Assembly: GCA_002633005.1 (NCBI GenBank)
Contig: NMRA01000387.1
Span: 330,372-394,371, forward strand
DNA: 64,000 bases
Reading direction: 5' to 3'
DNA from: Phoronis australis
Taxonomy: Eukaryota; Animalia; Phoronida
Shown here: piece after piece, positions 25,101 through 37,600 of the stretch
Layout of the letters: the number at the start of each line of letters is the position of its first letter
Numbering within the stretch: position 1 is the stretch's first letter
Position numbers and translations under genes: made by a program
The notes under the pieces: model-generated
Seen by the model: the letters and a program-made list of their open reading frames with translations, nothing else
Database searches by the model: none
What the model was told of the DNA's origin: nothing

Positions 25101-26850
25101 TCGCAGCATGCATCGAAAGGAGCGTGGGTCGATCCGGGCGCCATTGCCGTTTTTTTTTTGCTATGAAAATTGCTTATTGCTGATTTTTCGCAGATTACAC
25201 GTCGCTATATGTTAGTGATGGTTGTCGAGCTATTTTATAATGACTTTCGATATCGTCTTAAACGTATAAATTTTACAAAATATTTGTGTGTTTTAGGGCT
25301 AATTTTGCGGTTAAAACGTACTGCTTTTTCGTCTGTCGGTCGGTGCATCAGCAGGTACTTGGCATTTGCGAAGTCTGCGTGAAGTCTGAATGCAATCTGA
25401 CGTCGACGCAAGGGTCGGTTTATGTCCTTTTCAGGTGTATGGCTGAAATAACGTTGAAATGTTGTAATTACTTGAACGTTGGTTAGAACTACTATGCGAC
25501 CTAACCAAACAAACCTAGAAATCGCATCTAATTTGACCAAGGAAAATTTTGAGACCAATTTCGCAATGGTAAATGGTCTATATCAAAAGGTGTTTTTTGT
25601 GACGGAGATCTGGTTGATATCTGTCTTAATTCCTTCTGTAAAAGTATTTGTATACAACACATTACCTGCCTTTCGCTTTTGTCCTGACAAAGTTCACGAG
25701 GCGAGCAAATTCTTACGGGCAAAAGATATCCTTGAAGAGAGTGATCACATCATTTAAATAGTTCAGTTCAGCACTTGGAACTCCAGCTCATATACAGGTA
25801 CGCAGATATGAAATATCTATGAATGCGTAGTTAAAAAAGAAACATTTGCCGTATTGTTTGTGTTATTCCATTCTGGAATGAGAAATACCTATGTCGATGC
25901 ATTGCAGAGAAACGACCTATCAAAGAGAAACCTCCGAAAGTGACTGTTACCAGATAAATTGCTCGATTTGCGTTAATGCTTGCGCGCAATTGTGATCTTC
26001 AATTATTCGTGGGCTAAACATTTTCAGGGATGAATTCCGTAAAATTTGGGAAATAAAAAAATTTCGAAAATTTTGCGTTTGCGGGATATATACGTATATG
26101 TATACATATAATATATATACGTAAACACTACCCGTTTCCAAATTTTGTTTAATAAAAACATTTATTTTAAAACAACAATTAGAGCACCCAGGATAAGTGC
26201 CCTGTAACCTTAAAATATAATTATTTCTGTTGTAGATTGGTCAAGATTACGGTGTTACCCTTTCATACGACATGCTAGTTATCGGACTGAAAGAGTGTCT
26301 GCTGTATCTTCTGATACTAGCTCGATGGGTTCTTCCTATTAAGCACTTGGATTATCAGGAGCTCTCAGACACACTGCTCTGTTATATTGGGATGGCAGCA
26401 GACCTAATGGAACTCATGGACTATTCCAACAATAAAACAGCAATGGAGGATTCAAAGTTTGTCTACGCGTTGCTCATCATCTGGACGATCGGTCTTTTTC
26501 AGTTCTCCTTCGTGCTTGCCCCAGCAGACGAGCAGGAAAGTGAAGAGCAACAAATCTCTTGCCGCTTTATCGCCGAGCACGCCGAAGTGTTGTCAATAGT
26601 GTTGCAATTGCTTATGATGCACATCCCATTTGCCACCATCCGTATAGTTGCCATGGTTTTGTACAAGGGCGTGTCCTATTCCAGTGTCTTTTTTATGATT
26701 AAAAACTTGGCGATGATTTTGTTGGGCATCAATCGGTTGCTTGCGCTGTTTTGCACGCTTGGACCATGGAAGAAGAAAAAGCCTGTAAAGATAGCAGAAA
26801 CGGACGTGGAAATAGAAGATTGTGCAGTCACCCCAGGAACTGAAGCTTAA
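19114..26850 (+). CDS. TMEM26: TMEM26-family protein, paralog 2 (exons 19114-19322, 23906-24038, 26236-26850; ~318 aa)
   Basis: Same exon phases and splice sites as paralog 1. Introns and flanks align with paralog 1. The C-terminus is shortened by a TAA where paralog 1 has GAA. Confidence 0.88.
19333..19490. mobile_element. MITE with 5-bp TSD (GGCAA), hAT5-like
   Basis: Absent from the homologous paralog-1 site (ggtaagggcaacgtat). Flanked by GGCAA on both sides; ends in TTCGCCCCTG. Confidence 0.85.
21107..21336 (+). repeat. Minisatellite, 25-bp unit (TGTGTTGTTTGGAATGGCATCTCAA) x ~9
   Basis: AATGTG recurs every 25 bp (21125, 21150, 21175...). Confidence 0.95.
21806..22071. mobile_element. 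MITE with 5-bp TSD (AAATT)
   Basis: CATAGGCGGATT...GGATCCACTACTG flanked by AAATT/AAATT. Confidence 0.8.
22452..22715. other. Assembly gap (N run)
   Basis: Run of n. Confidence 0.99.
22958..23280 (+). mobile_element. Composite repeat: tRNA-derived (SINE-like) head joined to a MITE-type end
   Basis: A-box-like TGGTGTAGTGG and B-box-like GAGTTCGAGTC, then a T-run and an end GATCCGCCACTG. An inverted copy lies at 13582-14489. Confidence 0.7.
24592..24809. mobile_element. MITE with degenerate 5-bp TSD (GAACA/GAGCA)
   Basis: CATAGGCGGAT...CTGCCACTG. Absent at the homologous paralog-1 position (~3383). Confidence 0.8.
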
Positions 26851-27504
26851 GTGGAGCTGGAAATCGAGCCTGGAAAGACTGGAATCGACAAAGTGAACTT
26901 TGAAATAGAAAATGAAGCTTGAATGGCAATCACAAGTCCACGCCACTTGTCAAAACAACTTTCGACTTCGTCTACTTACCGTAATATAACGATCTCACCT
27001 TGTTCATAGATTAGAAATAGTTTTTAGGCTTAAAGACACCTAACATTTCGCCATCGCATCAAACCAGGTCTCAAGAGGTTTGGTTGTCACGGTGGTTAAT
27101 CCAGCAGCCGGTAAGGGAATTCCAAGCGATTTGTGATCACCGATTAAGTTATCAAGATAAGAGCACGATGATATTGCTTGGGCAACACAAATACACCTGT
27201 AGCAGAAAGTGGTGTTACCAGAACACGATTTATAACGTTTTAAGTAGTAAATTAGACTATAACATTACATATTGTATTTTCTCACGTGACCTGGAATGTG
27301 TTACGACATGACTGTTTAATAACACCGAGTATACCACAATATTAGCCTCGAAGGGCCAATACGACCGTGTAATAACCCGTTTAGTTATCTCACTAGGCCG
27401 GTTTCGAAACCGGGCCGCAAGAGTTTAGGGTCGCCGACTTTACCATAGCACTACTCAGCGGCTGACGTAATCGAACGTGAAAATAGAATACTTAAATGAG
27501 CACT

Positions 27505-27925
27505 CGCATCAATCGCACACATACGGACCAATACCTCCAGTTTTCATCCAACCACCCTTTAAAGCACAAACATTCTGTCGCCCGTACCCTTCTGGATAGA
27601 GTTGATCGTTACATCACTGCCTACCGAGACTATGTCGAAGAGGTTAACCATGTTGAAGATGCTTTGCGAGCTAATTGATACCAGGATTGGATGTTCAAAC
27701 CCCCCCATTCGTAAATCTACTGAAAAACTCGATGGCCCCTCCGTTGCCATCCCATACATAAGAGGAGTGTCTGAACGATTACAACACACTTACAGAACCC
27801 AAGGAATTTCTTCATACATGAAACCAAATAACATCCTCCGTTCCCTACTACCAGTCAGACCCAAAGACCCAACCCAGATTTCTAAACAACGTGGGGTCAT
27901 ATACCAACTGAAATGTGACCAGGAT
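27505..27925 (+). mobile_element. Degenerate Penelope-like retroelement fragment (RT C-terminal region to start of GIY-YIG)
   Basis: THTDQYLQFSSNHPLKHKHSVARTLLDR, VAIPYIRGVSERL, KPNNILRSLL..PKD and GVIYQLKC. Broken by a stop and a frameshift. Confidence 0.85.
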
Positions 27926-28667
27926 CATCCTAACCACTGGTGGTGGTTTGCAACCAGAAAAGGTGACAAAGACTGTTATGGCGGCAAAAATTGTTTGAAT
28001 ACTTGTGACGTGGAGTGTATATACGGTAAATACATGTAAAATATTATTTGAAATTGTCCAGAGCAACTGACTCCCACTGTCTCGACTTTCCCTTGAAAAT
28101 AATCTCAATTCTTCAACAGGAGCGTCCTCGAGTGTTTCGTTGGCTCAACACAAACGAAAAGTTGCACGTACTTGCGAGGTAATGCAAAATGTACACCAGG
28201 TGGCACTGCACTGCATGCTTGTCCAAACATAGGCAACTGCTGTAATACCCTTGGTCCATTCATGGATAAAAATGGCCTTTGACAGGCAAAGGTACATTTG
28301 CACCGTATTCTAGACGCGGGTTCTCCTTTCGTGAGCGCGATTCAAACACAAAAATCGGAACATTCAGATTAACTCAAAACCTGAACTTTGTTTCAAGCTC
28401 CTAGCGTGGGAGGCTAAAAAGGGACACTTAAGATATCAGTCTAAATATATGTTTCGGAGAATTCACAAAAAGGTAAATACCGTTGTTTCACACACCAGAC
28501 AAGGATAACGGTGATGAAAAAAGCGTTTTGCTGTGCCAAGTAAACACTTGCTGATAATTTACAACGAGCCAGACAATCCAAGCTGCAGAGAAATCAAGAA
28601 ACAGATTTTGATTGTAAAGCTACAAGGAGCACACATATATTAGTTTGAAGAGTGACATTTTGAGAAA

Positions 28668-31600
28668 ATGGGATTTCGGGACACAAAATTTTTCCTCACT
28701 ACCTCTGCTGTGGTAACACGAGGGCTGTTTGTTATTTACGACCTCTTGCTTACATGGAGTTTAAGCACATCTTTCATAAAGGAACCACTTTGGTGGTTAT
28801 TTGCTCTGTCAGTCGTGCCTCTTGTAACCGAGATGATCATCGTAATCGTCTGCAATGGCGGAAGAGAATGGAACAGGTAAACGGCTACAATTTTGCTACA
28901 CCTTGGTGTATATTTGAATTTGACTTTATGATTCTGAAATGGCATTTCAGCAGAAAATAAACATAAACATGAACGAAGAAGTCCGCTACTGCCTGAACGT
29001 TATTAAAAGTATGCCAACTAAGTATTTCGAACTGGACTTCAGCATTCCCTAGCCACGATAACATCGTAAATATTTTTACAGTTCCGGATTGTCCTCGTGG
29101 TAATGTCCTACCAAAATAAAGGTATGACTGCATTTTGTAGACGAAAGAAACTGGTGAAAACGCAAGCTGACACAAGTCTGGGCGAGATGTCATGCGTTAC
29201 AAATAATGCATGGATTGCACTATAGTTCAGTTTCTTGTGTATGCGAAACAGACCCCGGTTTTGTATGAGTACATGTAGATGCCCTAGGTTTGACTTTGGA
29301 TTTTCCGAGCAGCTACACAGAAGAAAATCGTTTTTAATCACAACAAGCATAATCTAAGTCAAATTTTGTTCTGGTAGGATTAAGGATAATTTTACCAATT
29401 TGAAACTTTCAAGCCCATTAAAACAACGTCATGAAAATCCCAGGAGAGAGACTATATTTGATATGAGCCTAATTTTCGTCTGTATGTTCTTCCAGCGTGT
29501 TTAGCCCCAGTTTCCTCATCTTCATCGCATGTGTCACGCCTCAGCTATGGTTCATTCAGATCAAGCATATCGGCGATACGATCAAAAACAGCACGGAGAA
29601 CAGCAGCATTACACTTTCGGCAACAATCGTAAGGACAACATTGTAATTAACATAGGCGGATTCGGGGGGGTTCAGGGGGATCCAGACCCCCTTTTTCCCT
29701 TGATTTTAGTGATATAATTCTAGAATTTTCAAATTTTTGACTTGGGCCCCCTTTATAAAAAATCCTTGATCCGATCCCCCTTTAAAAATCCTGAATCTGC
29801 CTCTGATTAACGTTGTTTATTCATTGATAATTTCACGAGTATCAATACAAAGTCAACTCGTCACCACTCATACAGCTACCAGCTGTAAAAATAATATTTT
29901 AGTATTTTTTACGAATATGGCCATGTCAGTAATAAANATCGTGTCGTCGGGCTCCTTTGACTTGCCAGTGAGCATTATACTCAGTTGCCAGTGGTAACCT
30001 ACTTTAGCATACGATATTTTCGAAGCTTAGTGTGATAAAATGTGTAGTAAGCTGTAATAGTTGCTAAATCTTAATTTGTAGATTCCATATATTTCTATTT
30101 TGTTTAAATTTTCAATTGGTGTTGAGTAACAACATTATCTGACAAAAATAGCTCGGCTTTTCTTCAAGTAAAAGGTCACGACCTCCGACTCCGGGCCTTT
30201 GACATAGAAAGTAGTTACAAAACCGAAGCGAGTGGAGAAAGGTAGATCGATTCATTGCAATGTTTCTCGTTCAGTATGTGGTATAAATAGATTATTACAT
30301 GTTCTCAGTGGTTATCCCCCTTATAGAGAGCCTGAGTGGATTTTGGAGAATTATCGCCCGAGGGGAGTCTCCAAAATCCACTCCACTCTGGTTCCCTGCG
30401 TGAGGCTAGGTGGTCGGTAGCCAGCACGCAGGTATCACTTAATTTCCTTTGGGATTTTTTTTACACCGGCGTTTCTGATTGGCTGGTCAAATTTTCAGTC
30501 AACAGGCAGTGCTTTACGCAAACAAACTGGCATGACTGATGGAGCAAGTGTAAATGTGGTCTGTTGTACAGACAAATCGGTGCTTAAAATTCATTTTCAA
30601 GAATCCCAGAAATTGTGGTTGCCCCTTTTCAGAGTGCATCCTTCTACTGTCGATGACTTTTGTTTACGATACTGTCCTGTATTCATACAGTATGAATAAA
30701 TAACACCGCAACGGTTATATCTGCCAGATATGTGTTTATTGTACATGTATGCCGCTTCAAGCTCGCAGCTATTAAACATTACTGCTGAAACGAAATAGTT
30801 GCTGCTACGCTACTTGCATGACAAGGCTAAAAATCGTTCATAGTCCGCCGTTTTTCACGTTGTTGTAAAGCTAACCAATGACTGCCGAGGTTAAACCAAC
30901 CAATGCTAAAGCGCGGGCTACTGCGTGATACCTGCGTGCTGGCTAGGCACGTAGGGAACCAGCGAGAATTCACTAGGCTCTAGAATACGGAGATAACGAC
31001 TTCGTCATGTAGTAATCTATATGTACGTAATTTTTTGATATTACATGGGCGAATTCCAAAGGAGTGCAAAGTAGAAATCCATACGCCTTACATTTATCGT
31101 CTGCAGAACACTAATACCAAAGACCGTAGTACGGTCTCTGCTAATACCAACAAACAAACGTGACAGTTTATGATCGACAAATTGAGTGTCGCAACTGTAC
31201 GTACTCCCAGTCGGAAGGACATGCAAACAACTTCTTAAACACACCCATCTTCGGCGGCGAATTCATGCGCGCACCCAGCCTAAAATATGGGGGGCTCGAA
31301 TTTTTCAGTGTGTGGATCTTTTACTGGAAAAAATAACGGGAACTAAAACAACGAGGTACTACGTTCAGACCTATGAATTGTGCATTCCCACCGAATTCCT
31401 GTGGACTTTTGTCTCGTTTTCTCGGACTTTTGGTTCTCTGAGACGGACCTTTTTACCCCACTTCGACAAATGGGGAGCTCGTTCGAGCCCCCCGAGCCTC
31501 TCTGGGTACGCGCATGGAATTCCATATCTATATTCATTCAAACGGAGACGAGCCCCAACTCAGAGCGCAATTTACAATAGATACGTTTAAAATAAAGCTA

Positions 31601-34600
31601 TTAAAAAGTTTACTTCACATTGCGCAACCGTGTTTTAACACAGAAGTTGCGCCATGTGGTTGAAAGTTTTATACACGTCAAGTTTTTCGGCAAAAAGGTC
31701 GCTTTTGCACTTCATGTGAGAAGCCTCGGGATTTTTACGAAATTTTCAAGAGGTTTTGCCCATATCAGAAACCTGAAACTAGTGTATGATTCTCTATAAT
31801 TATTATTATTATTTATGTCGCTTATATTTGCATATCGTGTACGACGCTACTTCGACTTGAAAGGATGATCCTGGTAGAGTTCAGTAACGCTATGCATCGC
31901 TAAAATGCAAGACTTCGCGAGGTTGCGTGAGATTTTGATTTTAAGTGAGAACGCGTGATTTGGATACATTTTAGCGAGGTCCTAGCATAGGTCCTAGGGT
32001 TACTGAACTCTTTCTTAATGAATTAAGTAGTGGCGGTGGTAGTGGTGGTGGTTTGCAACCAGAAAAGGTGACAAAGACTGTTATGGCGGCAAAAATTGTT
32101 TGAATACTTGTGACGTGGAGTGTATATACGGTAAATACATATAAAATATTATTTGAAATTGTCCAGAGCGACTGACTCCCACTGTCTCGACTTTAACTTG
32201 AAAATAATCTCAATTCTTCAACAGGAGCGTCCTCGAGTGTTTCGTTGGCTCAACACAAACGAAAAGTTGCACGTACTTGCGAGGTAATGCAAAATGTACA
32301 CCAGGTGGCACTGCAATGCATGCTTGTCCAAACATAGGCAACTGCTGTAATACCCTTGGTCCATTCATGGATAAAAATGGCCTTTGACAGGCAAAGGTAC
32401 ATTTGCACCGTATTCTAGACGCGGGTTCTCCTTTCGTGAGCGCGATTCAAACACAAAAATCGGAACATTCAGATTAACTCAAAACCTGAACTTTGTTTCA
32501 AGCTCCTAGCGTGGGAGGCTAAAAAGGGACACTTAAGATATCAGTCTAAATATATGTTTCGGAGAATTCACAAAAAGGTAAATACCGTTGTTTCACACAC
32601 CAGACAAGGATAACGGTGATGAAAAAAGCGTTTTGCTGTGCCAAGTAAACACTTGCTGATAATTTACAACGAGCCAGACAATCCAAGCTGCAGAGAAATC
32701 AAGAAACAGATTTTGATTGTAAAGCTACAAGGAGCACACATATATTAGTTTGAAGAGTGANTTCCAGCGTGTTTAGCCCCAGTTTCCTCATCTTCATCGC
32801 ATGTGTCACGCCTCAGCTATGGTTCATTCAGATCAAGCATATCGGCGATACGATCAAAAACAGCACGGAGAACAGCAGCATTACACTTTCGGCAACAATC
32901 GTAAGGACAACATTGTAATTAACATAGGCGGATTCGGGGGGGTTCAGGGGGATCCAGACCCCCTTTTTCCCTTGATTTTAGTGATATAATTCTAGAATTT
33001 TCAAATTTTTGACTTGGGCCCCCTTTATAAAAAATCCTTGATCCGATCCCCCTTTAAAAATCCTGAATCTGCCTCTGATTAACGTTGTTTATTCATTGAT
33101 AATTTCACGAGTATCAATACAAAGTCAACTCGTCACCACTCATACAGCTACCAGCTGTAAAAATAATATTTTAGTATTTTTTACGAATATGGCCATGTCA
33201 GTAATAAAGGGATATAGTTTTGAAACCAAAAATGTGCCCACTCAAGACAATATATTTAAATTCAACTTAAACGAAAATGCGTGTTTGCGTGAAGAAAACC
33301 TGCGGGCAAGAATCCCGTAACAACAGCGTTTAACAAACTCCATGATCTATATTTTAAAACAGGTAATTGAAATTTTAAGTAATTGGTACAGTCCATACCT
33401 GTTCAGGCAAACGTTTTGTCTACAAAATATTCATTAGTTACCAAAATGCCAACGTACATCTAATCAGTCCAAAAAAGCTGTTAAGTGCAAGTTACTTCTA
33501 AACCCCGTTTCCGTAAAAGGAGAAGATGGTTAAATTATAAGTAATAACTTTAATAAATGAAAGAAATGACTACATGTAACAAGATAGCTATTTGATACTC
33601 CCCAAGTCGCACTCCATGGCAAAATAATGACATCACAACTAACTTCACAAATTTCTTACAATTTGACTTACTCTCACTTGTAACACGAAATAAATTTGAT
33701 GGCACATGTTGTTTTAAATAAGTCTTTACCTCATCTCTTTCCAAAGTTATGCAGGTTTTTGTCCAAACATTTACGGTGTTTGCATTTTTCTGTTTTTATG
33801 GAAACGTAGCGGGAAGTTTTGTTCAAAAACTTTGTGGCATCAAACGATTTTCAGGTGCACTGGCTCGAGAGTTATCTACGGGTACTAGCTAATGGTTGCC
33901 AAACTGAAGAGTGAACTAAATTTATTTCGAAACAGGCTGGTTCCCCGTTTAAGACTGATTTTTAGGGCTCATTTCGGAAAATTGTTTGTCTCGTCAATGG
34001 TGACACTTTCAAGTATAATCTGTAACTGTTTCGAATTAATGCGTTGACCTGATTACTTTTATAGCTGTGTGATAGCGTCTGGGGACTACAAACATTAAAA
34101 TACCGGGGAAAATGATACTTATAAAAATAAAAATACTTGATCTCTTCTGTCATAACATGTGTTTGTATTTCAACAGGAATGTGCAGTATATTTGAAAAGG
34201 TAGATTGAACGTAGGCCTCCGGCCCATGTCATGTGTAAACGATTAACAGCTAAAACAGGCCATGCATCACACAGTGCTATTTACAACAGCACTGTCGTAT
34301 AACTTTGTCCCTCATGTGAAACGGAACGCTTGCAACGTTATTCTAAGGTTTTGAGTGGCAGGTTTAATGTGTGAAGACATTAAAGTGATAAGATTGTGCT
34401 CACTGAATAAAAATACGTGAAAGTAATTAAATAAAAAACGTGCGATACTCTTCTTCAATTTTTTCGTTTGCCTAAACTAGAGAAAATACGAAAGTAAGCG
34501 CTCCTGGCTGGAGATAACAACATGTCTACCTCGTCCGTCTGAAGACAGCAACATGAACATTTAAAGCCAGTTACATCAGTAAGCAGAAGGCAGCGATTAG

Positions 34601-37600
34601 AGTTTTATCCAACCTACATGTTTCTAGCAGTGGTTGTTGTATTGAGATTCATGATGTGCAAAAGTACTTGAACAAGGGCGGCGAAGATCATCAATTGTTT
34701 TAGTGAGGGGGAAACGCTTTTTCAGAAATCGTGATCGGGCTCTTTTTGTGGCCGTGATACGGGAAATGCGGGCGNATGGCGGGTTTCGGGAATGGAAATT
34801 TATTGGGATTGGGATCGAAACGAATTCGACACCGGGAATCGAGAAAAGGGCCAAAAAACCCGGGAACAGGGAATGGGACACCCCTTACCCCCCTCTTTTT
34901 GCATTAACTTATTTTCGTGTTACTCTAACTCGAAATCGAACATTTCTCATTGGCTTGTTGCACAACAAATTCACACGATGTAGTAACAAAACGCAATAGG
35001 GCCTCACAGGCGTCATAGAAAATAAAACCTGCTACCCCGAGATTAATTTTCAAAGTAGTAGCAGTAGTAGTATATATTGTTTTGAAAAAATGATTGAAAT
35101 AGGACACAACATCTTGTTTTGACGGGACATTTATTCACATATAACTATGTAAGCAAAACAAGGGAAAACCGTTGTCACTTCCACATTAAGTTTAAAGCGC
35201 ACTGAAAACTTCATTAGCAAAATGTACTAAATCGGCATAAGCGACTTACAGTTAGACGAATTGACCGATGGCTACTAATAGGAAGGTAGTCCACTTTGAA
35301 TGTCATCATTTCCTTCATCACACGTTGAGGTGTCTTGCAACAGCACGTGTCCCACTAAACATAAGATTAATTATCCTTTTATGAAGCTCTCGTGAGCATA
35401 TAACGTTTCAGTTTTTAAGAATTCCCACCATGCATTTTCTTAGATTTTGAGGTTTCAGTTAGCTAATATAACATGAGTATCATCATATCTAACTAAATAA
35501 GCAATTTTTATGCCAAACAGTCGCGAATTTTTTAATTTTGAAGAAAAATTAGTTATTTCCAAGTTTCCCGCCAAATGATGTAAAAGGTGGAAGACGTTTA
35601 GTCAATTGACAATCAATTTCAAATGGCGGAACACGGCAGATCAGAAGACGAGGACGATTTTGAGTGAGAACTGGACTATTCCGTGTATTCGAAACATAAC
35701 CAGAGAAAGGCTGGATAAAGGCAGTTAGAGTGTAACAGAAAACATCACAAAAATTTGAAATCAGCTGGAGAGAGAGTAAAGACAGCAAACAATCCTGGCA
35801 CACATTTGATATTAAGAAGAAATATGTAACGACGAATATTAAACCGGAGCAATAGATAAATTATTTCTACTCTCTGTTTGAAAGCCGTTATTTTGTTACT
35901 AATCCGGAGTTCACTGAATTTCATGCGTTTATTGAGACCATAGTAAAAATGACAACAATTCAAGTAATGCCATTGTTGAAATGGAGCTGGACGCTGAGAA
36001 CACAAAAAACTGAAATTATACAAACCATCAGTAGTATGATGGACGGAACTTCACCGGGATGTGATAAAATTAGCATTAAGTTCTACAAGTATGCTAATAA
36101 TAAGTTCCATCTACAACTACTTTTTTAAAAATGGGGTGTTTCCAAAAGAACGGACAAAATCCATTATAGTGCCAAAATTCCTGAAAAATTCCCTCATGCA
36201 AGTCACAGCCAAAATATTCGAAAAATATTATGCCAGCGACTTCAAAAACGGTCGTAAAGAGAAAACGTAATTAGTATGTCTCAAGCTGCGTTTAGTAAAG
36301 GACACAGTACGGTGGATCACATGTTTGCTTTATGTACATTAGTAATTAAATATTTGTCACGAGAGAAAGATAGATTCTGTTGTGCTTTCGTGGATTTTAA
36401 AGCCGCTTTAGAAGTATATGTAGAAGTGCATTATATTTTAAATTAAAGAACAATCGCATAGAAGGTAAGATGTATAAGATAACCAAAGGAATGTACGCGG
36501 AAATAAAAGCGTGCGTGAGATTGAATAATGGGATCTATACGGAGTTCTTTTATTGTCAGAATGGTCTAAAACAAGGCTCACAGCTATCACCGTTTTTGTT
36601 TATTTTATTCTTAAATGATTTTGAGCAAAAATTAAAATCCGGTGGTGGTGAAAAATGTCCATGGGATCAACGGAACTATTGCATTTGCTGTTTGCTGAGA
36701 TTTGATTTTTAGGACTGCCGAAAAAATTGAATATTTTTATGAGTATTGTCAGAAATGGAAGTTGATTGTTAATATGTCGAAGACTAAGATAACTGTTTGC
36801 AGAAACGATGGAATGATAAGATCGTATGAAAAATGGACATATGATGGAAACACTGTTAATGTTGTAAAAGTATGTAAATATTTAGGATTAATGTTTACTA
36901 GAGGTTCGTGGTCTTGCCCACAGAAAACTCTATCACAGGCTGCTTAGGCAGTGAATTTAACGAGGAAAAATGTCAATGGTTTTAGTGCACTACTCATTAA
37001 AGTTAGTTTGAAATTATTCGACTGTAAGATACTGCAGATACTTCATTATGGCTGTGAGATCTAGGGTTTGAGTGAGGGCTCATGTATTGAAACAGTCCAC
37101 ACCAAATTTTGTAAAGAAATTTTGAATTTGCCTAGCACAGAAATTTTACCGGCTGTTAGAGGTGAGATGGGTCGTTACTCCTTGATTGCATACCGACTTT
37201 CTGGAATTATGAAATATTGATTAAAACTATTAAAAAGCGATACGTCAAAAATTACATATCATTGATGTGAATGGTAATACAATATGACGGAAAATGTTGA
37301 TAAACCGTGCTGGGTTAATGATGTCAAGAAAGTGCTATTTCGGTTTGGTTTTGGAGAAGCACGGTGTAATCAGGGTGTAGGTTCCGAGACTTATCACCTT
37401 TTAAACAGAGAGGCAAAGATATTGATCATCAAAAATGGCAAGGAATTTTGAACCATTCGATTAAGCTGGAAACTTACAGAACTTTTGAGTTAAATGTATG
37501 TTTTGAAAATTATTTAGATGTATTTGACAGCGTAAGCGTTAGATCAGATATGGTAAGATTAAGATGTTCATGCACTAATAATGATTGAAAAGGATAGACA

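Noticed and set aside
32768-32900. Tandem or mutually exclusive duplicate exon 2 of paralog 3
   Set aside because: It is identical to 29496-29628 and starts 7 nt after an n join, so it is most likely a contig overlap.
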